Positions 13,708 to 28,390 of a DNA stretch of 64,000 bases are shown here, one piece after another (the first letter of the stretch is position 1; each line of letters begins with the position of its first letter). This stretch comes from Octopus vulgaris. Taxonomy: Eukaryota. The stretch lies in the NCBI GenBank assembly GCA_951406725.2, contig OX597821.1, forward strand, positions 106,268,001-106,332,000, written 5' to 3'. Both the position numbers and the translations under genes were made by a program. The notes below the pieces were generated by a model that saw only the letters and a program-made list of their open reading frames with translations, ran no database searches and was not told the origin of the DNA.

Positions 13708-14655
13708 AAACGTTCTGCACGCACTCGTGCAGTGTCCAACAACTTCCTACCTGTAGGCTTATGTCGAACAACTGCTGTCACGTGTGGGACGAGTCGGTTT
13801 ATCAGCTCAGTCTATCGTTAATATTGTCACGCCTCCTTCCTTCAAACGGGAAGGAAGAGCTATTTTCATCATCCTTATGGCTATGGCGAAAGAATGTATC
13901 TGGTGGACGCGTCTGAAAGGATTGGAGACAAACACTTTCCTCTCTGGTCAACCTCTCATCAACTTCTTCAAGTACCACTTGAAAAGGAAAGTGAGAGTAG
14001 AGAGGCAAGTTTTGTCTAGCGAATGTTTTAAAAAAAGATGGGTGAATGTAGCAAGAATGGCACGTATGAATGACGAAGCCACCTTGAGCATAATCCTATG
14101 GACCCAGAAATTGAAAACAGAGGGTTACCCATTTGCAAACAAATGTGGTAACATATAACAATATTGACCAAGGTTACCGTGGTCTTTTTCGTAGGCTTTT
14201 CTTCCCACGGATAAACCTTACTTGCTTTCCCCTTTACACCATACATCATGACACTGTGATACACGATCCTTATTGATCGTTTTTTTTCCTCTCCCCTTTT
14301 TTTCCTCTTTTATCTTCTTTTTTCATTTTCTTTTCTTTATTCACTTTTTTCTTTTTTTTTCTTTTCCATTTTTTTCTGTTTTTGTTCTTTTTTCCCTTTT
14401 ACGATCCCTTTTGACCGAAAACCTACGCCGCCTTTTTTTTTGTTTTTTTCTCCCCCAAAAGAAAAGCTCTACCTTGTAACTTGTCCCATCTGTGTGCAGC
14501 CCTGTGTGGCCAATAAAAAAACTTATCTATCTATCTATCTATCTATCTACTCCCTCCCCTTTCCTTTTTTTTTTTTTTTTAAACCTTCAAAAGAAAAGCT
14601 CTACCTTGTAATTTGTTCTATCTGTGTGCAGCCCTGTGTGGCTAATAAAGAAACA

Positions 14656-14656
<1 letters not shown>
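13707..14656 (+). mobile_element. 3' fragment of an L1/Tx1-like LINE inside a (TATC)n microsatellite, with a duplicated 3' end
   Basis: VLHALVQCP (CCHC tail) ...AKECIWWTR. A pyrimidine-rich 3'UTR ends in aataaa followed by (TATC)n; a second 3' end lies at ~14550-14656. Confidence 0.6.
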
Positions 14657-14698
<42 letters not shown>

Positions 14699-15048
14699 TT
14701 ATTTATTTATCTATATATATGTGTGTCTGTCTATCTGTTTTTCTATCTATCTATCTATGTGTCTGTCAGTCTGTCTGTCTTTCTATCTCTATCTGTCTAT
14801 CTAACAATCTAACCATTTTTCTATCTCCCACACTATATACGTCTATGTGTGTATCTGTTTGTGTGCGTCTATGTAAGTGTGTGTATCTGTTTGTGTGCGT
14901 CTATGTAAGTGTGTGTATCTGTTTGTGTGCGTCTATGTAAGTGTGTGTAAGTGTGTGTGTTTGAGTATAATATAATATGAGTAATAAGGCGACGAGCAGG
15001 CAGGAACGTTAGCACGCCAGGCGAAATGCTTATCGGTATTTCGTCTGT

Positions 15049-15397
15049 GGAGGCGCAATGGCCCAGTGGTTAGGGCAGCGGACTCGGGGTCGTAGGATCG
15101 CGGTTTCGATTCCCAGACCGGACGTTGTGAGTGTTTATTGAGCGAAAACACCTAAAAGCTCCACGAGGCTCCGGCAGAGGATGGTGGTGATCCCTGCTGT
15201 ACTCTTTCACCACAACTTTCTCTCACTCTTACTTCCTGTTTCTGTTGTACCTGTGTTTCAAATGGCCGGCCTTGTCACTCTCTGTGTCGCGCTGAATATC
15301 CCCGAGAACTACGTTAAGGGTACACGTGTCTGTGGAGTGCTCAGCCACTTACACGTTAATTTCACGAGCAGGCTGTTCCGTTGATCGGATCAACCGG
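15049..15397 (+). mobile_element. tRNA-derived SINE
   Basis: Pol III A-box TGGCCCAGTGG and B-box GGTTTCGATTCC. A related partial copy lies at ~43030-43270. Confidence 0.75.
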
Positions 15398-15399
15398 TA

Positions 15400-15990
15400 A
15401 ACGCGGCGAGCTGGCAGAAACGTTAGCACGCCGGGCGAAATGCTGAGCGGTATTTCGTCTGGCGCAACGTTGTGAGTTCAAATTCCGCTGAGGTCGACTT
15501 TGCCTTTCATCCTTTCGGGGTCGATAAATTAAGTACCAGTTACGCACTGGGGTCGATGTAATCGACTTAATACCTATGTCTGTCCTTGTTTGTCCCCTCT
15601 GTGTTTAGCCCCTTGTGGGTAATAAAGAAATAGGTATTTCGTCTGCCTCTACGTTCTAAGTTCAAATTCCGCCGGGGTCGACTTTGCCTTTCATCCTTTC
15701 GGGGTCGATTAAATAAGTACCAGTTACGCACTGGGATCGATATAATCGACTTAATCCGTTTGCCTGTCCTTGTTTATCCTCTCTGTGTTTAGCCCCTTGT
15801 GGGTAGTAAAGAAATAGGTATTTCGTCTGCCGCTACGTTCTGAGCTCAAATTCCGCCGATGTCGACTTTGCCTTTCATCCTTTCGGGGTCGATTAAATAA
15901 GTACCAGTCACGCACAGAGGTCGATGTAATCGACTTAGTTCCTTTGTCTATCCCCTGTATGTTTAGACCGTTGTGGGCAATAAAGAATTA
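15400..15990 (+). mobile_element. Tandem array (~3 units of ~180 bp) of a SINE body
   Basis: Repeated gtcgactttgcctttcatcctttcggggtcgat...aagtaccag. The same family recurs at ~10870-11030, 12470-12690, 18755-18965, 19715-19885, 33270-33780 and 44705-45160. Confidence 0.8.
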
Positions 15991-16390
15991 AATATGAGAA
16001 TTAGATCCATTTTGACAACTATAATAGAATTTAACAAGACCAACAAAAACCATTTTCCACTGTACTTGCAATACACGATACGGAATCTCTGCAATACATC
16101 TATTCATACTTTAATTACTGTAGTTGACTTCAAGATCCTTAAGAAAATCAACCTCTATGATATCAAATATTTCGCAGGGGAAATATTCTGAGTTTCTTCC
16201 TTTGAACAATCTAATTAAAGTGCGTCGTATTATATTCAAATTCATACATAGACATATATCTATGTCAATGTATGCGATCACATATTCAGTTTTCAAAACT
16301 GTGATATCATTTCTTCATTAACTATGCAATCACATTCTTTAATTTGACTTTTCCGTGACAGGTTTAGCTTTAAATTGATATTATACTTAC

Positions 16391-16480
16391 TGTAACTAAT
16401 GATGAGGGTGTTATAGTCATAAACCCACCAATGCTGATACCCATCACTGATGAAGACATTCGATTTAGCACTAACATCAT
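16391..16480 (-). CDS. GRL gene A, exon 3 (MMLVLNRMSSSVMGISIGGFMTITPSSLVT; TM7a region)
   Basis: 90 nt between a tgtatttccag acceptor and a GTAAGT donor, phase 0/0. GISIGGFMTIT resembles the pre-TM7 motif of GR/GRL proteins, which typically sits in a ~30-codon exon. Confidence 0.85.
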
Positions 16481-16874
16481 CTGGAAATACAGCAGAAAAA
16501 AAATCTCATGCGTTGTAAATTAACATTCAAAGCGTACGACAGCAAATACACATAGGCTATGTATGTACGTACGTACGTATGTATGTATGTATGTATGTAT
16601 GTATGTATGTATGTATGTATGTATGTATGTATGTATGTATGCATGTATGTACGTACGTACGTATGTACGTATGTATGTATGTATGTATGTATGTATGTAT
16701 GTATAAACGTTTTATATTAGAGTGAGATTCTTCTAGAAGCATGAATGGAAATGAAGCCAGAAAAACAGATAAACAGGCACGTGTATAGATAGATAGAAGG
16801 ATGGATAGAGAAATGTATAGCTAGACAGACAGACAGAAAGATAGATAGACGGGCAGATAGACAGTCAGATGGAC

Positions 16875-16919
<45 letters not shown>

Positions 16920-17066
16920 GAGATAGATAGATAGATAAATAGAGAGAGAGAGAGAGAGAGATAGAAAGATAGATAGATAGAGAGAGAAAGAGAGAGAGAG
17001 TGATAGATAGAAAGATAGATATATATTTAGATAGATGGATAGATAGATTGATAGATAGATAAATAA

Positions 17067-17149
<83 letters not shown>

Positions 17150-17906
17150 CTCACGCACGCACAAGCATATATAATATATGTAAAAATTGTGGAGTAAATT
17201 AAAACATTTTGCATTATACAAACATGGTCCGTTATACACCGCAATAAGTGTGGTAGAATGTTTGATATAATTATCATATCAAAATTGAGAAACGACTCCG
17301 TATTTTGTCCCGGTATGAGCTGTTTACTGCCGTTATGAACAACCTAGTGAGCAGTGAAACAATAACTATATTGTCAATCCAACATATATATATATATAAA
17401 CACCAGCTTAGAGAAGAAGAAGAAACGAAACGAAACTAATCGAATCGAATCGACGCGAGGGCGCTCAGTCATACAATAGTGTAATAAATAAAATATATGC
17501 ATACTTACAAACATATATGTACGTACCTACATCTACATGTATATATACATGCATATATAAATATATATACGTGTGTACAGGACACCACAAATAGACGTAG
17601 AACTCAATGAGAAACGAAAAAGTAAAAACAGCATGGAACCGACCATTTTTTTTAACAACGAAAAAAACAGAGTACAAGACAACTACACAAGGAAAAATCC
17701 CCTCGTGCTTCCACACAGTTTCCGTCAATCAAATTCACTCACAAGTTATTGGTATGCCTGAGGTTAAAGTCAAATATACTTGTTGAGACTCTACACAATG
17801 TCACGTAAGCTGGAAATAAAGTGATTTTAAAGCGAGGATCTTAACCGCACAGATATTCTGGCGCCAAAACAGTTTGAAAGATATGCATTGTTTGAAAAAA
17901 ACTTAC

Positions 17907-17975
17907 TCTTAAATTGAAATCGGGTATTTCGAAGTCATGTGTGATTTTATATATATTTTTACGGATTTGATAGAT
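17907..17975 (-). CDS. GRL gene A, exon 2 (IYQIRKNIYKITHDFEIPDFNLR)
   Basis: 69 nt between a ttttctttttcag acceptor and a GTAAGT donor, phase 0/0. Same length as, and clearly homologous to, exon 2 of gene B. Confidence 0.85.
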
Positions 17976-18090
17976 CTGAAAAAGAAAACAGACAATGCAT
18001 ATACAAGTGATATACACACGTTTGATTAGTAATATTTTTATCGTTATCTTTTAGTTGTTTCGTATATTATACTGCACCCATAGATAGATA

Positions 18091-18134
<44 letters not shown>

Positions 18135-18214
18135 CAGCGTTTGAACTCAGAACGGATGAAACCCCACTTAGCATGTTTCCCCTAGTGCTAAATATTCTGC
18201 CTACTAGCCGCCTA

Positions 18215-18576
<362 letters not shown>

Positions 18577-19326
18577 GTGTAGTGGAAGTACAAAGATCTC
18601 GAAACTGAAGTATTAAAAATGTGCGGCATGAAAGTATAAAAGTTTACCATTTATATTTGGAGCAGTGGATATGATCAAAAAATCCATATGAACAGAAATG
18701 CACAAGCTATACCTGGATCCTCAACACTACTCACTGTCCATTATATATATTCCTTTACTACCCACAAGGGGCTACACATAGAGGGGATAAATAATGACAT
18801 GCAAACGGATTACGTCGACCCCAGTGCGTAACTGGTACTTAATTAATCGACCCCGATAAAGGATGAAAGGCAAAGTCGACCTCGGCGGAATTTGAACTCA
18901 GAACGTAACGGCAGGCGAAATACAGTTACGCATTTCGCCCAGCGTGCTAAAGTTTCAGCCAGCTCACTGTCCAATATATAGCTCTGCAAGGAACAGCCCA
19001 CACCTAGGCAAGGCACGGTCAATCGAATAATACAACATAAAGAAAACAAGGCACCCTATGCAGTATTTACCCAGTGAACTGAGATTCCACTAGCAATCCT
19101 GAAAATCAAAGCATTACACACTCAACATAGAATCAAAGCAGTTACACAATAAAAAAAAAAAAGCTCCACACCTCAAGAATAAAAAAAAAAACTAACAGAG
19201 TACCAGGAAGAATTTGCACACTCCCAACAGCAGAAAGGAACACATAGTGCTGCACACACCTCAGCGACACGAAAGTGTAGCAGGTGATGCAGCAGGAATT
19301 TGCCTCAATCTACCAAATATTGAACA

Positions 19327-19406
<80 letters not shown>

Positions 19407-19410
<4 letters not shown>

Positions 19411-19575
19411 CATATAACATACAGAAAATTGCACTACTAGGCACTGCACACATCCTACGCAGAACACTTTCCATACAATAACCATCAGAGCATCACAACA
19501 AATCACAGCACATACCCAAGGCACACAGAGCTGCGCTCGGTAGTGAAGTGAAAGCACGCTATAAAAATAAAACTA

Positions 19576-19580
<5 letters not shown>
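19407..19580 (+). mobile_element. Very short 3' end of a Dong/R4-like LINE in (TAA)n
   Basis: NTYNIQKIALLGTAHILRRTLSIQ* plus 3'UTR, matching the copies at 46111 and 56316. Confidence 0.85.
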
Positions 19581-19619
<39 letters not shown>

Positions 19620-19887
19620 TGATGATGATGATGATGATAATGAGGATGATAATTATTATGATGATGATAATGATGATGATGATGATGATGATGAGGAGGA
19701 GGAGGAGGAGGATGTTTTCAGCAATAGGCACAAGGCCTGAAGTTTTGGGAGAAGGAGCGTAACTCCGACGGGATGAGAGGCAAATTCAACTTCGGCGGAA
19801 TTTGAACTCGGAACATAAAAATGGGTGAAATTTCACTAAGACTTTTGCCCGGTGAGCTAACGATTATGCCATCTTATCGCCTTAAAA

Positions 19888-19953
<66 letters not shown>

Positions 19954-20187
19954 CAGCAGCAGTATTGTAGTAGTAGTAGTAGTAGTAGTAGTAATAATTT
20001 CTTTATTAACCACAAGGGTTTACATTAAGAAACAAGATGATGGACAGCTCAGATGAAAAACAAATAACGTTTGTGTATGTGTTTGAGTTTTTGTCGTGGC
20101 ATAATATTAATAAAAAATTCGATTGCAGTCACAGGCATGCTGAACTAACTGGGGAGTGTGCTATGAATACATCTTCACATTGTACTT

Positions 20188-20230
<43 letters not shown>

Positions 20231-21166
20231 GATATGTAGAAAAATACAAACTGAGACAAGAACACATAAAAACTTAGAAGACGATACAACAAACACAGAC
20301 ATGACATTCGAAGCCCTCAGTCTTCAGTCAAGAACCGGATCATCGTAGTAATTTCGGCTGATTAATCTTGAGATTACTAGAACCGGCCAGCCCTCCAGGA
20401 AAAACTAAGCAACGAGCATTAGAAAAACTAAGCTAGGAGCGTAGATTTCCTGGAAGAAGGATCGAATGCATACGAACACAGGGACAGCAAAACGGACGGT
20501 GCCACACGAATATAAAAAACAAAAACCAATAACGAAATACAAAAACTGAAATACAAAAGCAATAATGGTAAAAACAGCAAGTGTCTTACGACTAATAACA
20601 GTGCAAACAGGTCTGGCTGGCGTATTTTGGAAAAATTGCCTTAGCAGCGAATTGCCTTAGCGGCGAATTGCCTTAGCGGCGAACGAGGACAACGATGTTT
20701 TCACGGCGCTGGTCAGAGGCCGAAAGGCGGATTTGGCCAGCAGTCACGTGACAGAGAAGAGAGAAAAGAAAAGAAAGGAAAGAAAGGGAGGCAAAGGAAG
20801 GAAGAGAGAGAGAAGAGGGACGAAAGCAACAAGGGGGAGAATAGAGAGAAAGAAGGAATTAGAGAGGGTAGAAGGGATGGGTGTCAAAGATTGACCTGTG
20901 AGTGCAAAGGAAGACAAAGAAATGGAAGGGTAGGGGAAGAGTAGACCAAAGAATCAGAGGCAAGAGAAGAGAAAAGGGGGATGAGTAGAGAGAAAAGAGA
21001 GAGAAGGGGACAGATCAACGTAGAATGCGAAGTAAATGTAAGAGAGAGAGAGACAAACAGTGTAGAGTCGTACCAAATTTACAAGAATATGTGCTCACAT
21101 AAGTGTTAAGGAGGGTACGTGACGCCATATATACATATAAGACCAAAAAGGTACGGGCGCTGCTAA

Positions 21167-21200
<34 letters not shown>

Positions 21201-21224
21201 GCATACACATACACACACACATAG

Positions 21225-21292
<68 letters not shown>

Positions 21293-21334
21293 ATGCATGT
21301 AAAGGATAGCCCGTGAGGGTAAAATTATACATAA

Positions 21335-21503
21335 AAGTAAATAAATGGTACAACGAAGCACCGATAAATACTGGAAAATAGCGAACGTAATAAATACGAC
21401 GCTAATGTATAGCTTCACTGCAGTGAACCTATACATTAGCGTCGTATTTATTACGTTCGCTATTTTTCAGTAAATATCGGTGCTTCGTTGTACCATTTAT
21501 TTA

Positions 21504-21507
<4 letters not shown>
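21335..21507. repeat. Near-perfect palindrome (~85-bp arms) centred on CTGCAG
   Basis: aagtaaataaatggtacaacgaagcaccgat...ttcactgcagtgaa...atcggtgcttcgttgtaccatttatttactt. Confidence 0.9.
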
Positions 21508-21536
<29 letters not shown>

Positions 21537-22226
21537 TATTAGGGAAGTTATTTCCGAGTCCACAGGTCCACAGGGAGAGAAATTCAATTTAGTGGGACTA
21601 AAAAGAATTTGTCGCTGTATTATATAGATATATATAGATAGGGTTAAGAGACAGAACCACCTTCAAGCAACTCAAACAACATTGAACAACATTATCTATG
21701 ATAGAGATATATAACTCTTTTACTTGTTTCAGTCATTTAACTGTGGCCATGCTGGATCACCGCCTTTAGTCGAACAACTCTAACCCAGGACTTATTCTTT
21801 GTAAACCTAGTACTTATTCTATCGGTCACTTTTGCCGAACTACTAACTTGCGCAGACGTAAACACACCAGCATCTGTTGTCAAACGATGTTGGGAGGACA
21901 AACACAGACACAAACATATACACACATACATATATATAAATATATTCATATATACGACGGGCTTCTTTCAGTGTCCGCCTACCAAATCAACTCACAAGGC
22001 TTTTGTCGGCTCCCTTGAACAGCACTTGACAGTGGTTACATAAATTTGATAACAAAGTAAAATATTGTGTTTTATTTTAAATCTATTTCTTTAAAATGAT
22101 CCGGTTTTAAATATAGCGGATTTTCTTTGGTTTTTTAAAAAAAGTACACACAAATATACATACATACATACATACATATACACATACATACATACACACA
22201 CACACACGCATAAACATATATATATA

Positions 22227-22285
<59 letters not shown>

Positions 22286-23444
22286 TTCAAACAAGGTAGT
22301 GTATGAATGATATTGTTAAGGTCAACATTTACTCACATGTGACCAGTTCTAGGCTTTCTAACTCAGTTTTTAAGCTAATTAGATTGTGTTTTAGTCAAAT
22401 CCCAAGCTACATTTTCAGGTACAAAATTTGAAAATTGCTTTGGTAGAAAAAATTTGCAGTAAAATATATCTTGTCAAAATCGGAAGATTAACGACTGAAA
22501 TCGAATTTTAGTCCAAATATATATATATATTCTTAAGAAATCTATATTTTATTTTAGATTATATGATAGATCTTGGCAAGGGGAATGTTTATCCAAAAAA
22601 TATTCTGTAGAAAAATGTACTGAAGTAAAAACCGGTGAGAAAATACGGAGAACAATGACTGAAATCAATTTCGACTCCAAATATTATTCTTATTTCAAAA
22701 GAAAACTATGTAAATTCAACTTTTCTGATAGATCTTCGCTAGAGTAATCCCATGATGCCAATTATATATAAAAAATCAAATCTATTAAATAGAAAATTAC
22801 TGCGGCCAAATGTGCACAAAAAGTGGTAATCCCTGAAATTAAATTCAAGGCCTATTTTTTTTTTTACCTCATATGATAGAAGTCATCAAGACGAGTGCTG
22901 TGGTGCAAATCTTTTCAAAAAATATTATTCAAACATTACCATGTGTGAATGATATTGTTAAGGTCAATATTTACTCACTCAGGACCACTTTTAGGCTTTC
23001 TCACTCACTCAGTTTTTAACCAAATTTGATGATGTTTACATTTATAGATTGGTCACATCATAGGCTACATATAAAGCTAATATGCCAAAAATCGTGGTAA
23101 CGTCTTACAGCAACTTTATAACCTCAACATCTATATATTAGCGAATGCAACTAAATCCTATGCAGATATCTTTTTATTTCATATTTTCAGAATTTAAGGA
23201 AAAATATGTGAACATTTAAGAAAACAAAACATAAAATTCTTATTTCAATTCAATCATCCACAATGAAAAATAATTCAAATGTTTTAAAACAAAAGAATAT
23301 TAGTTTTATTGCATTGCCTGTAAAAAATAGCCCCATATATGGGGCTATGCATATATATATAATGTGTGTGTGTGTGTGTGTTATAGGAAAAGGAAATAAA
23401 ACTATGTCAGAACAAGTATCTCAGGTCATTTAGAATATCTGGAA

Positions 23445-23975
23445 AAGACTTTCTAACTAGAAAGGGTATGCCCTGGTCAGCCTGTAATGACATGCATAAG
23501 ATATGGTCATCAAATCTAAGTAGAGACTTCAAACTTGAAATCTTCAAAGCCACAGTCGAACCAATTCTACTATATGGCTCAGAAACCTGGATGTTATCAA
23601 AGAAGCTTGAGAGGCGGTTGGATGGAACCTACACTCGCCTCCTTATGAGAGCTCAAAATCTCTCCTGGTGGCGCCATCCAATCAAAATGCAAATATATGG
23701 GAAACTACCACCTGTGTCCTCTCTTGTGAAAGGTAGGAGAGTCCAGTTTGCTGGACATTGTTGTAGAGCTGAAAAAGAAGTAATTTCTACTCTTCTCCTC
23801 TGGAAGCCATCTACTCGCAATACCAGAGGGCGCACACTCTCCTACCCTGATGTAATCTCCAGGGATACAGGCATCCAGAAACAGTACCTCCGTAATGCCA
23901 TGATGGACCGTGAAGTCTGGCGTAGCATGGTAAATTCCATTGTCTCGACCACGGTCGAACAATGATGATGATGAG
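23445..23975 (+). mobile_element. RTE-clade LINE 3' fragment
   Basis: ILLYGSETW, FAGHC and DREVWR motifs, followed by a (GAT)n tail. Confidence 0.8.
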
Positions 23976-24209
23976 AATATTTGAGTAAAATATGTAGAAT
24001 CCAAAATTCTAAACACCCTGAGATACTCGTTCTGCTTTGGTTTTGCTTCCTTTTCCATTAATATATACCTGCTGACCCGGAAGCCTACTACGGACCCTTA
24101 GCACCAGCCCCAGCTGTGAGCTTGGAACTTAACGGGTGACCAATTATAGCATTCATTTACACAGTGAGCATATTCGTTTCGATCACCAGGGAACAGAACA
24201 GAATCTATA

Positions 24210-24285
<76 letters not shown>

Positions 24286-24511
24286 TGTCTGTCTGTCTGT
24301 GTGTATATCATTATTTCTAATAGGCTTATTTTATCACATACGGTCCTACGGTTACGTCAATCAACGCATGTATATGTATGTGTGAGTGGGCATCTGTTTT
24401 CAATGTGTCAAATTTAGTTGTTCGTCCGATTAACTTACTGAGGAAAACTAAATAAGCTTCGAATTATCAAGCATGTAATATTTATGACAAATATATATTT
24501 TTCATACTTAC

Positions 24512-25534
24512 TGAATCATGCAATTTTATTCCTTTTCTAAGCAAATATATATACAACCCTGCCAACAGCCATGTTGAAATCGTCAAGTAAGCACTATCTA
24601 TATGATACAAGTACCCTTCAATGCAACCATATAAAAAATAACAGGTAGTTGTTAAGAATGAAAGTACAACATATGTAATATAATTCTGAAATAATTCATT
24701 CGTCAAATCCAGTAGAGTACAGAGTTCTTGAAAATTATTGAAAAACATTTTAAGTTCTTTACCTGTGTTCCCATCATGTATGCTTTTGTTTTCAATATTA
24801 TTTATTATTCTACTGTTTAACACCTTGAATTCAGTTATTAAAGTGTTTATAACGAAGTTGTGAATTGATAATAATGGGAAAATAGGTATAAATTTTATGG
24901 TGCTTATTAGATAATGAAGTATTAAGCTAATATTGCCGAAAACACTGGTTCGTGGGAAAGGATATATGAAGAGTTCCATAAATGTATTACTATCCTTGGT
25001 GCAAATCGGTAAAAGATATTCAGCAATAAAAATGCTTAGAAATATAAGAAAGGTATAAAGATATTTGTAGATTTTCCGAACAAAGTTGTTTTGAAGTGAA
25101 AGATTCGGGTTATATTTAATACATTGAAAATTGGTTATCTTATTCAGAATTGCAACATTTTTATCAGCATGGAAAGCTGTTCCAAACCATAGTAATGTTG
25201 CAGCAATTTGGCTAAAACCGATATCAATTTTAACGTTGAACACAGTTTCGACCTCCTTAGAATTCGAATGAATGTATAAGAAACATCTAGCATTTTCTGC
25301 AAGCATACATATTTCAAGAATGCGAAAAGTGATGTATAAACCTTTTCTCTTTAGACTATATGATTTCCAAAGATATGCTGAAAGTTTTATATTTATAAAC
25401 TGGTGAATCCTTATAAAACATTGAATAAAATAGTGTGCGTTGTTGGGACGATGCACTTCTCTCTGGTAAATGACCCTCGGAGAATATGTAGATGGCTGTA
25501 TATCGTTGTTGTTTAAAGGATATATTGTGAACAT
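24512..25534 (-). CDS. GRL / 7TM ion-channel-like gene A, exon 1 (341 codons, approx. TM1-TM6)
   Basis: Long hydrophobic ORF starting at ATG 25534. Contains the GR-like segment EFKVLNSRI...FQELCTLLDLTNELFQ. Ends at ...CAT GAT TCA|GTAAGT, a phase-0 donor at the same codon as in paralog B. Confidence 0.85.
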
Positions 25535-26210
25535 TTTCTTCAAGTATATTTCTAATACGACTTAAATAAAATATATACTACTGCACGAATAATTTTGTTA
25601 AAAAATATTAAGTTCCGTTTCCAAGCTGGTGTTATAAATTATTTTGTAGATCAAGGTTAACGGTTGTTTTTTAGATGATATTTCAACTGTTATACGCGCT
25701 TCATATATTCTGTAATCCTGGTTTTCATGTGTTCGGACAGTATCTTCAAAATAACAAAAATGACGTTGTAATGTAGGGAACACTTGGTATAGTGCAATAA
25801 ATTCATCACTTTATATGTTCATCTTTCTTAAAACAAACTACATGAAAACAAAGATCATTCATAATAACATCAATGACCTGCTATAAAGTAATGTTTTAAA
25901 AGTTATGCTATTTAGCTTCAGTACAGAAGAGTAAGAGATTATTGGATCTTACTTAAGTGTAGTAAATAATCAATTGATTCGCCCTTTCTACGTAAATAGC
26001 TTCATTTTAGGTAAGTCAATATTCTTTACGTTTAAGTGTTGTAAATATATAAGGATGAAAATAGAAAAATGGTTCGCTTTATTTTGTAGAAATATCAATA
26101 AAACATTAATGAGTCTCATACAGGATTCATATTGAAATTTATGTACAAATGCGATTGGAAGTTGAATACCTCACTACAATCACACACACACGCGCACACA
26201 CACACACAAA

Positions 26211-26255
<45 letters not shown>

Positions 26256-26322
26256 ATACATGTGTACATATAATTTATGTGTATTTCTTCACAATCATCT
26301 GACCCACTTATTTTCCTTCATT

Positions 26323-26365
<43 letters not shown>

Positions 26366-26367
26366 GC

Positions 26368-26406
<39 letters not shown>

Positions 26407-26466
26407 TATATGTATATAGTGTATATACATATATACACACATATATACATATATATGCATGCAAAC

Positions 26467-26519
<53 letters not shown>

Positions 26520-27604
26520 CACACACACACACACGCATGTATGTACGTATGTATATTTGTATCTATAAATGATGACTCCATCTCTCTCGGTACTTCACTA
26601 CATTCAATATAATTCAGCCTTATTGACAAAAGGTTTAATATTATCTGTGTAGCTTCCTTACATTAATAACCGTAGTCCAGTAAGAAAATATATCGATGTA
26701 TATTGTTTACTATTAAAGTTATATCAGTAAAAATTCAGATACTAGCGAAATGTGTCTTAAACTTCAAAAAAGTATTGCATGTATGTGAGTCAAACGTAAA
26801 AATAAATCCGTTTTCGTTAAGGGTAAATTTATGCAATTTTTTCTTTAAATATGTACAAAATCTATAATAATTGTTAGTATCAGCAATAATTAAATTTCCA
26901 GTCCATCATCGAAAAAGTGCCGTAAAATATGATGCCACTTTCCTTTGATGACGGCTGTGTCCAGGTAACACATTTGAAACATCAAATTGATGATGTTCAT
27001 TGTTGCTTAATGAAATATCAACTGATAATGACTGCCATTAAGGGATATAGAGTTTTCAAAGTGGAGCTTCTTACATCAAATACTAAACATGCCGATTCTT
27101 GTAAAAATTCTTTCTTGGGGCTTCTTTAGCATGCTTTGTCTTATGGACACCAGTCATTATTTGTTACATCTTACTATGGAGCCGTGTAATTTAATAGTTA
27201 TAATTTCGTTTCCAAAATTTAACACTGATGAAAATTGGTGCCTGATATTCATTTCCATCTATCTTCTTACAGCAAAGCATCCATGTTTGGTTTTCAGCTT
27301 TGCATTTACGCTTCTTAACATAGATTTTCAATTCTACCAGCTATCTGCTGCTGTCCTGCAGTGTGACAAATCTTGTAGAAGCATGATTGCTCAACATCTT
27401 AGAAATAACAAACAAAGCACCCTGAAAACGCGCTGTACTCGCTTTAGAAACTAACGAAGTGGTTTATAGACAGAATACTTTTCTCCATAGAGCTGTAAAT
27501 GAATGGTGATTTGCAACAATAATATGCAGGCCAGTCTGAACGAGAAATACATATTACAGTACAATAGTTGCTATTTACATCGTTGTTATATTTACTTTGT
27601 ATTA

Positions 27605-28390
27605 CACAGACTGGCAACTGAAACTGGCTGTGGACAAGTGTACCACCATGCATTTTGGGAGAAAAAACCCTGCGTTCACATACTCCCTCCACAACACTGA
27701 TATCAAGAAATCCTCTTGTGAGCGTGACCTAGGCATCACTGTCAGCAGTGATTTGCGTTGGTCAAAGCATATCTCTAAGATTGTCAGGAAGGCCGAGGGT
27801 GTCTTGGCATCACTCAGCAGGTCTTTTGTTAGCCGCTCTCCAGCCATCTATTTAAAACTGTATACAGCTATGGTACGACCACACTTGGAATTCGCATCAT
27901 CAGTTTGGAACCCCTATCTTGCACAGAACATTGACCTCCTGGAATCTGTCCAGAGACGTGCAACCAAACGCATACCCTCCATCAGACACCTACCATATTC
28001 TGAGCGCCTTGTTTCCCTGGGCATGGATTCACTGAAGCTCCGGCGTTTGGCGACGGACTTGGTAAACACCCACAAAGTTATCAACCACCTCACCAACAAC
28101 AACACTGAACACCTTTTTGATCTCCATGTGTCTAACACACGTGGACATGCCTACAAAGTCAGAAAACAATACAGCTCCCATGACTTTCGGAAACATTTTT
28201 TCACGCTCAGAGTTGCTGAAGAATGGAATAAACTGCCTGCGTCAGTTGTTGACTGCCATGACACTGCATCTTTTAAGGCCCTCATGCTTTCCGAAATCCG
28301 CCGAAACTACACCTGATTATATATACACTTTAGATGAGTTGTAGTGCACCTGAGCACTGTACACAATTATTATTATTATTATTATTATTA
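27605..28390 (+). mobile_element. CR1-like LINE 3' fragment between the two GRL genes
   Basis: KCTTMHFG, ERDLGI, LYTAMVRPHLEFASSVWNP and ESVQRRATK motifs, followed by a (TTA)n tail. Confidence 0.85.

Noticed and set aside
15049-15125. tRNA gene
   Set aside because: A/B boxes run on into a SINE body with no acceptor stem or terminator; the same applies at 61649.
24482-25543. Treating the 353-aa and 356-aa ORFs as complete single-exon genes (e.g. GPCRs)
   Set aside because: Both read through a conserved GTAAGT donor, the VSMK tails are intronic, downstream exons were found, and no rhodopsin-type DRY/NPxxY motifs are present.
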